DNA of 64,000 bases from contig NC_086109.1 of assembly GCF_963921235.1 (NCBI RefSeq), positions 13,704,001 to 13,768,000 of the forward strand, in the 5' to 3' direction. Shown piece by piece: positions 61,219 to 64,000 of this stretch. The first letter of the stretch is position 1. Each line of letters starts with the position of its first letter. The position numbers and the translations under genes are program-made. The stretch is from Mobula hypostoma. Its lineage: Eukaryota. The notes under the pieces are model-generated. The model was not told the DNA's origin, searched no databases, and worked only from the letters and a program-made list of their open reading frames with translations.

Positions 61219-61872
61219 TTAATGGTGAGGATGTGGACATAGTGAGGACCTACAAGTACCTGGGGGTGCTCCTGGATGACAGACTTGAGTGGAGCACCAA
61301 CACAGAGGCTGTGTACAAAAAGAGCCAGAGTCACCTCTGTATCCTGAGGAGACTGAGGTCCTTTGGAGTATGCAGGCCTCTACCTCACACGTTCTACCAG
61401 TCTGTTCTCGCCAGCACAATCTTCAATGTGGTGGTGGGCTGGAGCGATGGCATCAACACGGGTCATGCCAACAGGCTCAATAAACTGATTAGAAAGGTTG
61501 GCTCTGTTATAGGAGTCAAACTGGACACACAGCAGGCCGTGGTATAACAAAGGACCCTACGGAAAATCCTGGCAATTCTGGACAACCGTTATCACCCTCT
61601 ACATACCACCTTGGTTGAACAGAGGAGCACTTTTAGTAATAGACTAAGGCAAAGAGAGCTATATAAGGTCAATCTTACTCTTGGCCATTAGGCCCTATAA
61701 TGAGTCAACCTGTAGCTGGGGAAGCGATGACCCCCTCCTGTTAGACTGTTTGAAATAACTTATTTTTTATTCTTTCTTACTTCTCTTCTAATATTTGTAT
61801 ATTTGTATATCTGTGCACTTGTAATGCTACTGTGACACTGTGATTTCCTTTGGGATCAATAAAGTATCTATC
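61219..61872 (+). mobile_element. Rex1/Babar-type LINE 3' fragment nested in another Rex-like fragment (about 61130-62100)
   Basis: V..YKYLGV.LDDRL.WS.NT...YKK.QS.L..LRRLRSF; gggatcaataaagtatctatc tail. Confidence 0.8.
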
Positions 61873-62104
61873 ATCTTTCTATGTTCTCGCTGCTACCATC
61901 AAGGAGGAGATACAGGAGGCTCAGGGCTCACACCAGCAGGTTCAAGAACAGTTATTACCCCTCAAACATCAGGCTCTTGAACCAGAGGGGCTAACTTCAC
62001 TCACCCCCACATTGAACTGTTCCCACAACCTAGGGGCTCACTTTCAAGGGCTTTTCATCTCGTGTTCTCAATATTTCTTGCTTATTTATTTATTTATTTA
62101 TTTA

Positions 62105-62136
<32 letters not shown>

Positions 62137-64000
62137 TTCTTTTGTATTTGCACAGTTTGTTGTCTTTTGCACATTTCTTGTTTGTCTTCTTGTTTGTTTG
62201 TTTATTTATTTGGAAATACTGTGTGGAGCAGAACTTCCCAGCCCTTCGAGCCACTCCACCCCAGCAACCCCTGTCAACCCCAGTTAAACCCTAACCTAAT
62301 CATGGCGCAATTTACGATGACCAATTAACCTACCCGATACAACTTTGGACTGTGGGAGGAAACCGGAGCGCACGGGGAAAACGCACACATTCTACTGGGA
62401 GGACATACAGAGGATGTCGGAATTGAACTCTGAACTCCGATACCCCGAGCTGTCATAGAGTCATACTAACCACTTTGCTGTTGTTTCTGTACAGGTTTTT
62501 ATTGATTCTATTGTGTTTTTTTTTCGTATTTACTGTGAATGCCTGCAATGAAATGAATCTAGGGTAGTATACGGTGACATATATGTACTTTGATAATAAA
62601 TTTACTTTGAATGAAGGCAATGGCTGCTTGAAACAGGAGGGAGACAGGGAAGTGGTTTATATTAATGGGTGGTTCAGAATTAGCTGTGAAGAGTAGGAGG
62701 CACAGTGATATAGTTTATAGAGCCGGTGTCTTAAGGGTGCCAGTAGTCTAGGTTCATCATGGGCTGGAGCTTCCTTAGACATCCAGGACATCTTCAAGGA
62801 GCAATGCCTCAAAAAGACAGCGTCCATCATGAAGGACCCATGAGCCATCCCTCAGAACGTGCCCTGCTCGCATTGCTCCCATTAGGAGGGAGTCAGAGGA
62901 GCCTGAAGACACACACCGAATGATTCAGGAACAGCTTCATCCCCGCTGCCACAAGATTTCTGCATGGGCATTGAACCCATGAACACTACCTCACAGCTTC
63001 CTTGCTCTTTTTGCATGACTTACTTAATTTATTTCTTTGACTTAGGTAATTCACAGTTTCTATCATTATGTATGGCACTGTACTGCTGCTGCAGAACAAC
63101 AAAATTATTAAACCTGATTCTGATTCAATCGTGACTTCACATGCTGTCTACGTGGAGTCTGCATGCTGTCCCTGTGACACGTGGGTGCCACAAAGACATA
63201 AGTGGTCTGTAGTCACTGGTAACGCGGCTGGTCGTATCTGGGAGAGACGATGAGAGTAAAAGAATGGGATTGATGTGGGATGAGTGCAGATGTGTGCTTG
63301 ATGGCTGGTACAGGCATCAGGGGCTGAAGGGCCTGATTCAAGACTGTATTTCTCTATGACTCTGACGTGAATCCCCTGCACTACTCCCTGTCATACAACA
63401 TAGTCAACAGTCATAGGTGTAAAGCAAGTAGAACAGGGGTCTAAGCACACATCCCCGTGAAGAACATAGATAATGCACATTATCAGCCTCGCGTGGACCA
63501 CTGGATGGATTTTCTATTGAGACCAGGCTGATTGGGATAAGAAATGACATAAAACACCAAGTGGGTCTTCTCGCAAGGTACAGGAACCTGAAAGACACAC
63601 ACTTAACGTTTTAGGAACAGTTTCTTCCCCTCTGCCATCGGATTTCTGATTAGACAATGAACCAACAGACAATTTCTCTCTTTTTGTATTATTTATTTAA
63701 TTTATATATATATTTATTATTGTGTTTTTTTGTATGTATTGCACTGTACTGCTACCACAAAATAGCAAGCTTCACGGTGCATGTATGTGTATACTTGATT
63801 CTGATTCTGAGGAGCTGCATCTGTCTGCTTGAAGCAATTCATAGACTCCACAGCCAGACGTGTTCAGCAGTGCCTCTGGGTTATCGGGTTTAGGAGATGT
63901 GCGGTTTGGGGAGTCACACTTTGTGCTGGGGCAAGTTCCTTTCTGAGCCAGCTGTCCGTGCCACAGTGCTCCTCCACAGCTGCCTCTGCCTCTTTACCCA

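Noticed and set aside
39500..64000. Exons of a further host gene (e.g. SOX13)
   Set aside because: No HMG-box or other recognisable host coding sequence found; recognisable ORFs are transposon-derived. Small or non-coding exons cannot be excluded by eye.

Overview
Vertebrate genomic DNA. The repeat landscape (CR1, Rex/Babar, RTE and Penelope retroelements, tRNA-derived SINEs) and the protein divergence suggest a cartilaginous fish, probably a ray; this is an inference. Two intact multi-exon genes lie on the + strand in the same order as in human. ZC3H11A has 17 coding exons (2218-24836, 2520 nt, 839 aa, all phases consistent) and a roughly 2.4 kb repeat-poor 3' UTR. SNRPE/SmE has 5 coding exons (30900-39327, 92 aa), and its first intron is U12 (minor spliceosome) type. 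From about 39.5 kb to the end there is no recognisable host gene, only a dense, partly nested set of transposons: a non-autonomous Helitron with both termini that contains a GIY-YIG Penelope insertion, two inverted Chapaev3 copies with TWA TSDs, a decayed BED-finger hAT/Buster element, a MITE with a 6-bp TSD, Tc1 derivatives and LINE fragments. The most interesting signal is the abundant short 'tgctggaggaactcagcagg...' repeat. It carries a minimal type-I hammerhead ribozyme motif, is demonstrably the 3' end of the Penelope element, and also occurs as a TSD-flanked head-to-head inverted pair. All calls come from reading the sequence; no searches were run. Repeat boundaries are approximate unless a TSD is given.
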